The notes under the pieces were generated by a model. It was not told the origin of the DNA. It saw only the letters and a list, made by a program, of their open reading frames with translations, and made no database searches. Shown here piece after piece: positions 13,058 to 26,442 of a stretch of 64,000 bases of DNA. The DNA is from Octopus sinensis (taxonomy: Eukaryota), in assembly GCF_006345805.1 (NCBI RefSeq), contig NC_042997.1, positions 200,446,001 through 200,510,000 of the forward strand. The letters run 5' to 3'. Numbering within the stretch: the stretch's first letter is position 1; each line of letters opens with the position of its first letter. The translations under genes were made by a program, and so were the position numbers.

Positions 13058-15750
13058 TTGTTGTTGGCATCCTTTTTGTCTCGGGAGAGAATGGAGTTGC
13101 GCATAATATAATCTAGTCCGGCTTTTACATTTCATGTCCTAATACATCTCCTGCTGTGGCTGTGTAGTCCTATCCTGGACAAACACTCCCCCTGGCAGGT
13201 ACCGCAAATGTAGCGAAGACTTTGCCTGGCTGGTTGTAATGTCATACTTTCTTGTTGACGTCTTTTCTTGTCTTTCCATGTCTCCTCTCTCTCTCTCTGT
13301 CACTCCTTTGTGTTCCCTCTTTTACGGTACGTCGCCAGTCTCCACGGTTGCTGGCAACTGCTTCCCAGTTGGTAATATTGATGTTGCAGGCATTCATGTC
13401 CCTTTTGCAAACATCCTTGTATCATAAGAACGGTCTTCCCCCAGACCTAGTGCCCCTAGCAAGCTCTCTGTAGAGTATGTCCTTGGGGATTCTGCCATCT
13501 TCCATATGGCTAACATGTCCAAGCCATCTCGTACGTCTTTGTGTGAGGAGTGCAAACATGCTTGGTATTCCTTGCTTGCTTGAGGACATCTTTGTTGGGG
13601 ACATGATTCTGACATTTGATGCCAAGGATTTTCCGGAGGCAGCGCAGGTGAAAGATATTTAGGCGACGCTCTTGGCGTGTGTATGGCGTCCAAGTCTGAC
13701 TTCCATACAGTAGAGTGCTAAGTACACATGCCTGGTAAATCTTCATTTTGTGGCCTTAATCAGCTTATTGTTGTCCCATGCCCGTTTGGATAGTTGGGCC
13801 ATCACAGCAGCTGCCTTGCCAATGCGTATATTGAGCTCAGCATCAAGGGATAGGTTGTAGGTGACGGTAGAGCTAAGATAGGTAAACTTCTCCACCTCCT
13901 GTAGTCTGTGGTCTCCAATATGTATGTTTGGGATATCCGATGTAGCCTGACCCATGATGTTGGTCTTCTTGAGGTTGATAACTAAGCCAAAGTCGCTACA
14001 TGCTTGCTCAAAACAGTTGATGAGCCTTTGTATGGCTTCTTCTGTGTGTGATACCAGAGCGGCATCATTAGCAAATAGCACCTCCTTGATCAGGACGCTT
14101 CTGATTTTGGTCTTGACACGCAGACGCGAGAGATTGAACAGTTTCCCCGTCACTTCTACTGTGCAGAAACACTCCATCATCTGATGTCTGAAAGGCATAT
14201 GACAGCAGCAGCGAGAAGATGCCAAATAATGTAGGAGCGAGGGTACAACATTGATTTACCCCGTTTTTTATTTGGAAGGCGCCTGATGTTGAACCATTGT
14301 GCTGTATGGTGCCTTGCATATCATCATGGAAAGATTTGATGATCCTCAGCAGCTTTGGTGGACATCCGATATTTTGGAGCAGGATGAAGAGGCCTTTTCT
14401 ACTTACCAAGTCAAAGACCTTTGTCAGATCAATGAAGGCCATATATAATGGTATTTTCTGCTCTCTGGACTTCTCCTGAAGTTGGCGTATGGAGAATATC
14501 ATGTCAATAGTTGATCTGCTTCTTCTAAAGCCACACTGCAATTCTGAATAAATTCGAGAAGCAGGGAGTTGTAGCCTCGATAGGATAACGCGTGCAAAGG
14601 CCTTTCCAACAGTGCTTAGATGAGATATTCCACGGTAATTGTTACAATCACCACGCTCACCTTTGTTTTTGTAAAGCGTAATGATATTAGCATCCCGCAT
14701 ATCCTGAGGGACTGTACCCTCACCCCAGCACTGACACAGAAGCTCATGAAGGTGCCGAAGCAGGATAGTGTTTTTGCCGGTTTTGATGATCTCTAAGGGG
14801 ATGACGTCTTTTCCCGGAGCCTTGTTACTTGCTAGGACGTCAATAGCCTTGGTGAGCTCTGCTATAGATGGTAGACTGTCAAGTTCACACATGACTGGCA
14901 AGATCTTGACACCCTCGATTGCAGCCTCCGCTACCGTGGTCTCCCGTGAGTAGAGATCCTGGTAGTACTCCACTCATCTATCCATTTGCTTGCTTTGGTC
15001 CTTGATGAAATCCCCAGTAGTTGATTTCAGAGGGGCTGACTTGGTTGCGGATGGACCGAGGGCCTTCTTCAAACCGGCATACATCCCATGGGTGTCGCCA
15101 CTGTCAGCAGCTGACTGGATACTCTGACAGATTTCCTGTCAATACCTATTTGCACAGCGTCTGGCAGTCAGTTGGGTTTTATTTCTTGTCTTTCTGAGTT
15201 CTTCGAGTGACTTTGTAGAAGAATCACTCTTGTATTGCATCAGAGCTGCACGCTTTGCTTCGATAACTATTTCCAGCTCTGAGAGCCCAGCACTGAACCA
15301 ATCTGGGTTTTGCCTTTCTCTCATGCCGAGAGATGTGGTGTACAAAGCTTCCCTGATATAATTCCACCTACTTTCAGCAGAGGAGTTTGGGCAGCTACTG
15401 AGGGCAACCTTGATAGAAACAGCAAAATATTTTCGCAGTGTAGGATCCGAGGTTCTGGCAGTGTTAATGCGTGGTCGGCCCATTTTCTTCGAGTGATGGA
15501 CTTTGTTAGGCAGAATCCTCACCCTGCTTCATATTAGTGAATGATGTATGTCACAATCCGCACTGTGGTAACTACGGGTTATTTGAACAGAATTCAAAAA
15601 GGATATTCGTGTAATGATGAGATCCAGCTGATGCCAGTGGTGAGATCTTGGATGTCTCCAAGATGCCTTGTGGGATGTCTTGTTGGCAAAGAATGTGTTG
15701 GTGATGCACGGGTTATGGTTTGTGCAAAATTCAAGTAGTCTCTGACCATT
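13058..15750 (-). mobile_element. 5'-truncated RTE (BovB-like) LINE, frameshifted
   Basis: Endonuclease NGQRLLEFC..HWHQLDL; RT NYRGIS, QCGFRRSRSTIDMIF, FIDLTKVFD, FANDAA; RWLGHV..PKDILY; C-terminal CGTC..SRIGLHSHSRRC; 3' end CTCCATTCTCTCCCGAGACAAAAAGGATGCCAAC. Confidence 0.93.
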
Positions 15751-16249
15751 ACATATACATACATACACAAATATATGTATGTGTGTGGGTATGTATGGAT
15801 GTGTGTGTATATATACCTAAAAGTGGTGTTATATTTATCCGGTGCTAAAAGAAAGCAGGGATTCATGATGAAATGTAAATATTGCGAAACTAGTCGGTTC
15901 GATCTCCATTGTCCCGCTGGGCAGAAAAGAAAATACATGGTTAAATTTCTTAACTAGGTGAATTCATTTCCTAATGAGGATAAATAATTATGGATATGAC
16001 TTCAGAGACATTTTTCAACGGGGAGAACGTAGTGATATTTGAACCACAGCTGAGTAGCAAGTTGGCAGCTCAGCTTCTTATTATCCTCTTGATCATTCTC
16101 GAAGCCATTTTGTCTCTTGCAGGACATAACTGAGATTTTGAGATTCTGAGATAAAGAAAGAGAAAAGTGGACGGACATAAATTAATGGTATATAATGGAT
16201 ATCCATATTTATGAAATAGTGAAATAGTGTGTGTGTATGTGTCTGTCGG

Positions 16250-16279
<30 letters not shown>

Positions 16280-16287
<8 letters not shown>

Positions 16288-16470
16288 AGTTAATCCAAAC
16301 ATGAATGCACAAAAAAAACACAACAGTACGAGGACATGGAACAAATATAGTATTATTGGACGCTCAGGAAAGAAGGAGGGGTCAACGTTTCGAGCGGAGC
16401 TTTTCGTCGGAAACAAGGGAGAAGGGAAGACAGAGGAAAAAAATCGCCAACGGTACACACGCGGTCACAT
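16280..16470. mobile_element. Penelope-associated repeat fragment with a decayed hammerhead-like motif (minus strand)
   Basis: Minus strand CCGACGA..AGC-TCC-GCT-CGAAACGT at ~16385-16415; no stem I partner found. Confidence 0.4.
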
Positions 16471-16482
16471 TTACATATATAC

Positions 16483-16570
<88 letters not shown>

Positions 16571-16599
16571 GTATATTTACATATATATACATATATATA

Positions 16600-16835
16600 T
16601 ATTAGAGGGAAACCACTATGTGGACACCCATATGCTAGAAATAGATCCGCTACGGTCTCACCACTAAGAAATGTTCTCAAGAAAAATTTAGCAAAACAAC
16701 CAAAACGTAATCGAGCAAGACAAAAGAAAAAGTAATAAAAATATGGATTTTCTTGAAAACATTTCTTAGTGGTGAGACCGTAGCGGATCTATTTCTAGCA
16801 TATAGGTGTCCACATAGTCGTTTCTCTCTAATATG
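16600..16835. repeat. Inverted duplication (~88-bp arms) of a probable Penelope 5' coding fragment
   Basis: Arms ~16600-16688 and ~16747-16835; related sequence at 37487-37595. Confidence 0.75.
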
Positions 16836-16953
16836 CATATAATACAATTTTACTGAACCTTCAGTTTTTATTTATGCTAGACCACTAGTGTGAAATCGAT
16901 GTTAATTAAATTAATATCTAATTTCTCATCCTCATTTTAAATTTAAATTAAAT

Positions 16954-16995
<42 letters not shown>

Positions 16996-17068
16996 GTGTG
17001 TGTGTGTGTGTGTCTGTGTGTGTCTGTGTCTACCTGTATGTATGTGTGTCTGTCTGTCTGTCTTCATT

Positions 17069-17123
<55 letters not shown>

Positions 17124-17180
17124 GTATATATACATACATACATACATACATGAAGACAGACAGATACATATATATGTATG

Positions 17181-17211
<31 letters not shown>

Positions 17212-17213
<2 letters not shown>

Positions 17214-17443
17214 GGGTTGTCCGGAAAGTTCGTGCCGATTTTTAAAGGAAAGAAAAAGTTCAATAAATACTTGCCATTACATTTTTAATCAACCAAATAT
17301 GAACCATTTCGTTGCACAATGCGTCTCCATCTTTCCTTTAACTTGAAACTACCCTCTCCCAGAATTGGCTAGCAAGCATAAAAAACAAAAAGGTAAGTTT
17401 ATAAATTTATACACACACACACACACAAACATATATATATATA

Positions 17444-17521
<78 letters not shown>

Positions 17522-17845
17522 ATATACAGGTAGACACAGACACACACACAATTCATGGCAAAGAATTAATCAAGGTGTCTTTTTACCATTAAGACTATTC
17601 TGTAGAAACCTGGAAATCTGAAGGAGCAATATCTGGTGAATATGGAGGGTGGTGTAACACATCCCAGCCGAGCTGCAGCAATTTTTGTCTGGTTCACCAA
17701 AACAGCAAGTGCCGAAAATGAACTTTCTTATCTTCCATTTTAAAGGGTTACAGAATTAACACCGGTTATAGGAACATAAACCTTCTAAAATAAGTCGAAA
17801 GGGAAGCTACTATATAAATTGGCACGAACTTTCCGGACAACCCAA
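17212..17845 (-). mobile_element. Internally deleted mariner with ~30-bp TIRs, carrying a secondary insertion
   Basis: TIR GGGTTGTCCGGAAAGTTCGTGCC.ATTT at both ends; minus strand MEDKKVHFRHLL, LGWDVLHHPPYSPDIAPSDF, ERWRRIVQRNGSY. Confidence 0.9.
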
Positions 17846-17905
17846 TATATATGTATATATATGCCTGTGTGTGTGTGTGTGTCTGTGTCTGCCTGTATAT
17901 ATATA

Positions 17906-19059
17906 CTAGCATTAAAGACCCGTCGTTGCCGAGTCATAGTGCTAGTGTATGTATATATGTGTATATATATGTGTACATATTACATGTACATCTATATATA
18001 TACATCTACACATAAAATACAAAATACAAAGTTATATCTTGATATCGCTAGTGATAACAATACTCAAAATATATAACAGACTGGAATTGTTAGCCCGTCT
18101 CTTGTAATTTCGATCAATTGTATCTTGTTCTCCCTCTTGTATAGAAGTGTGGCTACAATCCAGTCTACCTCTACTTCGGGGGCATTTAAAAATTTTTTCC
18201 GGGACGTCCTACGCCCCAGATATAAAGGTAAAAATAAAATATTTCCACGTTGCAAGTTCGAGTCGAGTACTCCCTTGCACGCTCCGTTGACTCGAACCTT
18301 GCTTCTATTGTGGCGAATTTACCGCCTCTGATTAGATACCTTTCATAGTCGCACAAAGACACTTTTCGAAGGTGCTTTCCTCCATATGTTCAAATCTTCT
18401 TTTTTCCCTACATTTTATACTTTATAGACAATAGTCTTTTCTTTAATTTAATTTTTTATTATCCATCTGGACTATTCCATTTCTGCACGCTAATTTTACT
18501 TTTAATTTATTCCCATTCATGTGAAACCACTTATTCATGTTCAAATCATTGATGCAATTTTATACCAATTGCTATTTTTACTTTTGTCATGTTACTTTAG
18601 TTTGATTTTAATTATTACTTACTACATATAATTCAATTGTTATTATTATTTTTATTGTTAAAGTGAAAGTATCTGACATGAAATAGAGAAACGTTTTTGT
18701 TTCACTTTTAACACGTAATACTGAAATAGTGGAGAAGATATGATATTGCTATGGGCTCGCCCTAGGCAGAAGTTGAACATGTTTTTGCCCATGAAACTAC
18801 ATGGACCCTAAGTAAGGCATGTGTAAAATTTGAATGAAATTGGTTGTGTAGTTCTCAAGTTTTAGGGAATCGTAGTGGAGAAGACATGATATTGCTGTGG
18901 GCTCGCCCTAGGCAAAAAGTTAAAATTTTTGTTGCCAATAACACTCCCCGGACCCTAAGTAAGGCATGTATAAAATTCGAATGAAATTGGTTGTGTAGTT
19001 CTCAAGTTTTAGGGAAACACACAGACAGACACACATTCTCAGATTTATATATATAAGAT
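17906..19059 (+). mobile_element. Non-autonomous Helitron/Helentron-like element with a 146-bp internal tandem duplication
   Basis: Start CTAGCATTAAAGACCCGTCGTTGCCG resembles 12219; end ACAGACAGACACACATTCTCAGATTTATATATATAAGAT; repeat units start at 18727 and 18873. Confidence 0.6.
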
Positions 19060-19741
19060 ATATATATATATACGTTTAAATATGTGTTGTGCCTGATTTT
19101 TTTTATGTGAAGTCGTGTGTTGAAACAGATATTGTTATATTTCGGAATGGTCATATTGCCAGTTTAGCCAATAAAAACACACGCACTATATATTTGGTGT
19201 TATTTTGCTTCAGTGTTATTTATTTTTTACATTAATCTTAATCTTATTTCGGCCAGAGTTCTTTCGTTACACTCCTGTGACCGCATCAGTGGTCCTTTGT
19301 TTTCTTCTTTCTTATTTGTTTGTGTCTCTCCTTACTAACCATCAGCCATTTTGTATTTCTATTGTATGTCTTCATTTGCGCATGCTTATATCTCTATGTG
19401 CGTTTATGTTTATTTAGTGTGTGTATGTGGGGGGATGCCTATAATATTTGTATCTTCTGTTTATATATGTTCATGTAATTTGTATTTTGTTTTTGTTGTT
19501 TTTGTTTATTCTTATTTTGTTCATGTGTTTACATCCACTTATTATTATCATTACATATGCTTGTATGTATGTATGTATGTATGTATGTATGTATGTATGT
19601 ATGTATGTATGTATGTATGAATAACAACAATACTAGTAATAATAATAATAAATCGAATCGAAAAAAAAATATATATATAGTTATTTATTTCTATTAGTTT
19701 ATTTATCTGTGTATTTATTATGTTTTCAGGATCCTCTGTCG

Positions 19742-22035
19742 TCATATGTTGTGGTGTGTGTTAGTGCTCCATTCTAGTTTTCTATTCAGGCTAGGTTTAT
19801 TTTCTATTATGAGTGTAGCTTCTGTAATTTGTCCAATTGTTGCATCTGTTCTATGTGTGGACAATATTTTAATTTCTATGTTATTGTGTTCCTGTTCGGC
19901 GTGTTGGTACAGAATAGATGAGCTTTTACCTTCCTTGAGTTGTCTCCAATGTCTGTTTACCCGCTCTCCTATGCTTCTTGCCGTTTCCCCTACGTATGTC
20001 GTTGTCTTGTTACTGCATCGTCCCTCTATACATCTTATACTATAGACTACATTTCTGGCTTTACAGTTTGTTTGTGGGCTAAATCTACATACAGTACAGT
20101 ACTTATCCGTACAGGGGGTTCTATTAAAAGGATAGGTTCTACCAATTATAGATTTGATAGGGTTGCCTGGCTTTTCAACAACCTTAATTCTTAGCTTAAG
20201 TTTGTTTAGGGTCCTTCTAAAGCGGTACGCCAGCTTACCTCCAGGGGTGGTGTCAACGAACATAACACTCTGGTATTTATGGCTATCATACCAAGAGTTG
20301 GCCTTCCCTATTTTCTTTTTTGTCCTTTCTATAGTGTTCCATCACTTATTCCTATAGAGTGGGCAAATCCCATTCCTATCATTACATAATATATTATCAA
20401 ATTTCTTCATGGCTCCTTTGTATACTCTGATCCTTTCTTTATGGCTGTAACCTGAGAACTGCATGCGGTGAATGAAATATTGTATGTGTCTCTTTAACTC
20501 TGTGGGCTCGCACATGCATGACACATTTCTCATTATTCTGACGAGGTCTGCCATCAAAATATTGAATTTGGTATTGTCCGCAATGGCTGAGTTCCGGTGG
20601 ATCAAATATTTTGAGGCCATAGGTTTGGCATAGTATGAATGAAGGATTTGGGTTTTATTATTCACAATTTCTAACCAGAGTTCAGTGTCTAGTACTGGTA
20701 GTCTATGGTTGGGGTGTTTAGTGGGGTAGTCTATTGTGACCTTAATACTCTGGTGGATGGAGTTAGCTATTTGCTGGATGCTCTCCATAGTATTAGTTTC
20801 TATTACTATATCAACATTACTCTCTTGTGGGGGTGCCTTTACCACTATGTTGATATCATCAACATAGCGAGAGTACATGTTTACGAGTATGGAGTTCTGT
20901 GTTAGGCGTTCTTTAAGCCTTCTGTCCCACCATACCATGAAAAGGTTGGCCACATCACCAGCGATACTAACGCCGATGGCTGCCCCCTCGTCCTGGGCAT
21001 ATATTTTATTATTAAACTTAAACGTGTGGCCTTTTAGGGTAACTCTTATACTAGCTCCTAGTGCATGTGCGATCATTTTCTTTATTTGATGGACATTTGC
21101 AGGGCTCCGTATGACTCTGGTCCATCCGCGCCATCTTTCTATATGTGTCTTCCTAGCCATAGAAGTAATTGTGGGCGGTCTACCTCTTAAACATCTACTG
21201 GGGCAGAAACTACTAAGATTATGTTTATCTAAGTATTCATTATTAAATGTCAGTCTAAGTAGGAGGTCCAGTTCTTCTGCGTTGACATTACGGAACTCCA
21301 CCTGGCTCTCATTGATCAGCTCCACGCACTTTTCCACCGCAAAATCTACGTCGATCGTCCATGCTACCCACCATACATCCTGTCAGGTCACAAGTGTTGT
21401 TACAGTCATCGATCCTGCTGAGATCTTCTGTGCTGTCACAAACATCAGGTGACATCCGGATTATAGGGCGTATGATCATTGAGAGGAAGTAAGAGATTCT
21501 GTAATTGCTAGCGATATTCGCTCCACAGACTGGTCTTGTTGGTGGTCCTGCTATAGGGCCAGTAATTACTTTATGGTCCTTGCGAAGTCCGTACAGTACG
21601 TTTCTGGGGTTCCAGAACAATTGTCCACATCATCATGTGGGCGTTGAGGACCTTTTGTCTCTCCTCATGTGCCTGTACAGTTGTTATTTTTGTATTGGCG
21701 ATATGAGGTTGCATTGCCTGGATGTAGTTCGGTAAGCTGTCTATTGACATCCTGCCGGACTTATCTGTGGGAAGGCATACCACCTCTCCGTTCCTCGTGT
21801 GCTGAATGAGCTTATGTAGGCCACATGCAGGTTTAATCCCGAGTTGTTGGGCCTCTGTCTTATTCTGTCTCTGTCTCTGTCTCTTAGTGTATAATACTAA
21901 AATCTGTCTAAGTTTGGTCCTAGCTATAGTGAACTGTGCTTCCATATGGTCATTAGTATGTCTTGGGATGTAGACTCTTTTGTTGAAGGGTAATGTTGTT
22001 GGATAAATCCGGCTCATGCAGTAAGTTTTGTCACA
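19742..22035 (-). mobile_element. Penelope-like retroelement: RT, Cys-rich linker and C-terminal GIY-YIG endonuclease; decayed
   Basis: LPFNKRV, TDKSG, YGLRKDHK..GPPTRPVCG, GAAIGVSIAGDVANLFM, RYVDDI, LPVLD; then C.DKYC.VC, NVVYSIRC..YVGETARSIGER..H. At least two frameshifts and one in-frame TGA. Confidence 0.92.
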
Positions 22036-23149
22036 TATATATATGTTTGTGTGTGTGTGTGTGTATAAATTTATAAACTTACCTTTTTGTTTTTTATGCT
22101 TGCTAGCCATTTATATTATTGTTATTTAATATCTTCATTTATGTATGTATGTATATATATACATATATATGTACACACACATATTCATCTACGTATATAA
22201 TTTACAATATATATATAATTGTACATACATACATATATGTATGTATGTATGTATGCATGTATGCATGTATGTATATGCATATATGTATGTGTATATATAT
22301 ATATAATTATTTATACGTACATACATTTATATCCATACATATATATGCACACATACATATATACATTCATACATACATACATGCAAACGTACACACACAC
22401 TTACGTACATAGGTTATTTTATATATATGTGTGTGTGTGAAGAGATTATCCAATTATACTAAATGTAATGCACACAGGTTATCCAATCCTATGAAACTTT
22501 ACACACACATATGTGTATATACATCTATACACACACATATGCATATCTGTGTGCATGCATATATATATATGTATGTGTATGTGTGTGCGTCTGTGTAAGT
22601 GTGCTTGGTTATGTATGTAACTGTTTCTGTCTGTGCAAAGCCATGTTGTTTCATAATAATTCTTCGCTGTATCAGAACCGATTCTATATTTAACCCTAGC
22701 CAAGGTGAATCTACCCTGCACCAATAAAGACAATATAACGTCGAGAAATCAATTTCCATTATATTTGTATTTATTGCAATAAAGATACGCCTATGTTTTC
22801 TGACACCAAGTTCAACAAAGCTCATATGATATTAACAATTTATGTACGATATAATATTATATATGTGTGGGACGAACTGATAGAGGTCGTCAAAATAGAC
22901 TATAATATGTAAGATGTGGTCAAAATGCTACACTTTGTGGGGAACTTTTCCGTATAATGTTTTGAACTAAATAATTGCTATCATAAACTTAAAGTAGTTT
23001 TCAGAGTCAAGCATTTATATAGCGTTGCTTAATTGATTATCTAATACACGCCTGGTAAGTACTGCGGCATAGATGTTAAGCTGGACAGTAGACAGTAGTT
23101 GCAGGTTCGAGTTGTGGTTGGTCTATTTGATTAAGGTTTAGATAAATTA

Positions 23150-23830
23150 AATATACTTCGGCCAAATATTGGTCTAGGCTTTATCTAACTTAATAGCACA
23201 AACTGATAGGTTTTGTGGTATCATGACCCATTGATGTAGTGAGTTGCTTTTGATTGAGATGTACCCAGGTATAGGTGGCTTATCGGGTGTCCTTTGAAGA
23301 AATATGTTCAGGTTTCGTTTGAAGGTGATAGCATCATTTGCTTCTGTTTTTGATGTGTTTTGGGATAATGTTAAATAGAGCAAGGCCCTTTGAGGGAACT
23401 GCATTGTGTTGCAGTGTATTTATGTGTTGTGATCCTGAATTGTGATTTTACGCGTGGTCCCAGACTTGGGTGAATTCTGATCTGATAAGATCGTTTAGGT
23501 GGTATGTTCTCCACATTGTGAAAATGATGTAGTGCTCACAACGTGCTGGAGAGAAAAAAAGATTCAGTGTTTTAAGGTTGTCCCAATAATCAAAGTCAGT
23601 CATGCATTTTACTTTTTTAGGGAATACTCTCTGCGGGGACTCAATTCTCATAATGTTTTGCTTGGTATGGGAAGATCACAGGAACAGCTGTACTCTAAGT
23701 GTGGCTGTGCAAAAGACGAGAAGACGGGAATGATGATATCTTGCTCTCTGGGCCGGATAGTTCTGTGGTTCCAGGATCTCATCCTGCGAGCCCTATCGAC
23801 TTTACTATTGATGTAGAATAGAAATACAGG
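23150..23830 (-). mobile_element. CR1-like LINE 3' fragment (same subfamily as 11085)
   Basis: FKRNLNIFLQRTPDKPPIPGY..SNSLHQWV; upstream DYWDNLKTLNL.S..R. Confidence 0.78.
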
Positions 23831-23984
23831 TATATGTCTGCGACATTCGCTGTATTTGTGAATTCGTCACATTTTGATGCATATTTCTGATCATAAAATA
23901 TTTGGTTCTTTTATGTGTAAAGCAAGCTTACGCAGTAGACGTACAAGCATGTCCAATTTATACTTATTCCGCTGCAGATTAAGA

Positions 23985-24587
23985 AGAAATGATGTGGCTG
24001 TGGGGTAAGAAGCTGGCTTCCCAACCACATGGTTCAGGGTTCAGTCCCATTTCGTGACACCTTCGGCAAGTGTCTTCTACTATAACTTTGGGCCAACCAA
24101 AGCCTTGTGAATGAACTTGGTAGACAGAAACTGAAAGAAGCCCGTCGTATATACATACATGCATGCATTTATACATATATATACGTGTGTGTGTATGTAT
24201 GTATGTATGTATGTATGTATGTATGTATGTATGTATGTATGTATGTATGTATGTATGTATGTATGTATGTATGTATATATATATAATATATATATATATA
24301 TTATATATATATATATTTATATATATACACACATACATATACATACATACGAATATATATGTATATATGTATGTGTCTCTGTATTTGTCTGTTTGTACCC
24401 CACCATCGCTTGATAACTTCTGTTGGTGTGTTTACGTCCTCGTAACTTAGCAGTTTGACAAAAATGACGGATAGAATATGTGCTAAGAAAAAATAACTCC
24501 TGGCGTTGATTTGTTCGACTAAAACCCTTCAAAGCGGTGCTCCAGCATGGCCGCAGTCAGATGAGACTGAAAGCAGTAAAAAGTAAA
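23985..24587 (+). mobile_element. SINE family A with an expanded internal (TATG)n/(TA)n tract
   Basis: Head and tail match family A. Confidence 0.88.
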
Positions 24588-26442
24588 CGATGACCTTAAT
24601 CGATTTTCGTATCTTATTGGGGGTCAAGTGATGTAGACATGTGTCCGGTGTCTCCATCACTTGACCGATCCGAGAGAAGCAAGCTGTTAATCCATTTATA
24701 CACTCATGAAATCTAGCAGCGCTAGAGATCAGGATTAATTAATAATTAACTTGCATGTCTATACCAAACATAACTCTATAGGTTCACTCACTAGCACAGC
24801 TAGGGGCGGTCCGCTCTGGGCGGCGTTTTTAAAGGGTCACCGCTTTTGGTTCTGCTGTAGGCAATATGTGTTTTTAGTGGGTTCACTGTGTAGTTTCATG
24901 TGTTCATAAACCGCAGAGAAGTGCTGCGATGTTTTAGATAAAGCTCTTCGAGGGCAAAAACATGTTTTCCTTGTTCCTTAGGCCAATGATATAATGTCTG
25001 CATTTCTATATACTAACGGTGAAGAAATCTTTTCTAATTTTCCATGGTAGAACGCTAGAAATTAGTTTTTTAACGTCACGTGAACTTCAAAGACTCTACA
25101 TGTGTCGAAACAACTCTTGCCAACTCAGAACACCATTTATTTCCCTGGATTCTGTCTAAGTTTTTATTCATGACCCCTCAAAACCGATGACGTTGCTGCC
25201 ATGTGTTACCTGGATACAACTCTAGTGGCTTAATTCGGATATACCCGACGAGATGAACATGATTGGAAATCCACAGTCAGGTCAAAAATGCAATTCTTAA
25301 GTTGGAAATATTCCTAACGAAGTAGTTGGTATACAGGCGTGACACCATTCCAAACTAAAACAAAAGAAACTCACATAGAGGTAGTTGGCATTGTTAGAAA
25401 CGTCTCTTAAGATATTAATAACTTTATTTATAACACTGTAGGCGCAGGTACCTCCCCTGACGGCGGATGCCTAATTAGCTGGACAATAGAGGGCATTACG
25501 CAACATTAAGGTCCAGAGACTCATCTCTTCCTCTTTCTGTATCGAGACGCGAGATAGTGAAGATGTAACCTACCTGGCTCTCTTATGAAACACGCAAGCT
25601 AGCAACACACAGGAGAAGACCAGGGCCTCCACGCATCAAACGATTTTCATTTATCATTCAGCTTGTGTATATACGCGTGGCCACATTAAAGGTATTTAAA
25701 GTAACCACCTTGTTCCATGTATTTCTTTATACCGTGTTCCTGTCAAATGATATTAAAGCCTTCTGAGTAGGGTCACATTAGATGGCTACACAACCTATCC
25801 ATCAAAAACATTTATAATATATATGCAAAAATAGAGTTGTGTTAGCTTTAATATTTTGACTCAGAGAAACTTTTCAAAATGATTTGTGTTGAAAAATAGA
25901 GAGCTCATCTAGAATGTCGTTGGCAAATCTCAAACACCGGCGTTTCGACTTGATTTTGTTTCCTCAATGACGAGCACCTCTGAACATCCTGAGCTAAGTT
26001 GAAAAAATATTTATTCCGATATAGAAATCAATAAACAAAACATTGAGTTATTAGTGCGGAAGTTAGTTCAGCTAAAATTGAAGTCGTATACGCATGCGAA
26101 ACAGCATTAGTTTGAAATAACTGTGTGTATAACATTTATATTTATTATGCATATACAAATATAGGAGGATATTGATTGCCTTACGATATCATTCCAATAA
26201 TAAATCAAAGATGCCAAGTTTGAAACACCTACAGACTGATTTCTCACTCATCTGACTATGTGTGAAAGATCTTTAGGATATATCTATGCACGAGTACTCA
26301 GCCAAAGCAAAAAAAAAAAACAATAACAAAGTCTCTTGTGCAAGATAGAACAGCTTAGAACAGCGAGCAAATCTCTCTAATTTCACGTCCAACTACTATA
26401 AACCGAGGAATGCGCTTGATAATGTATTCCTAAATATATATT

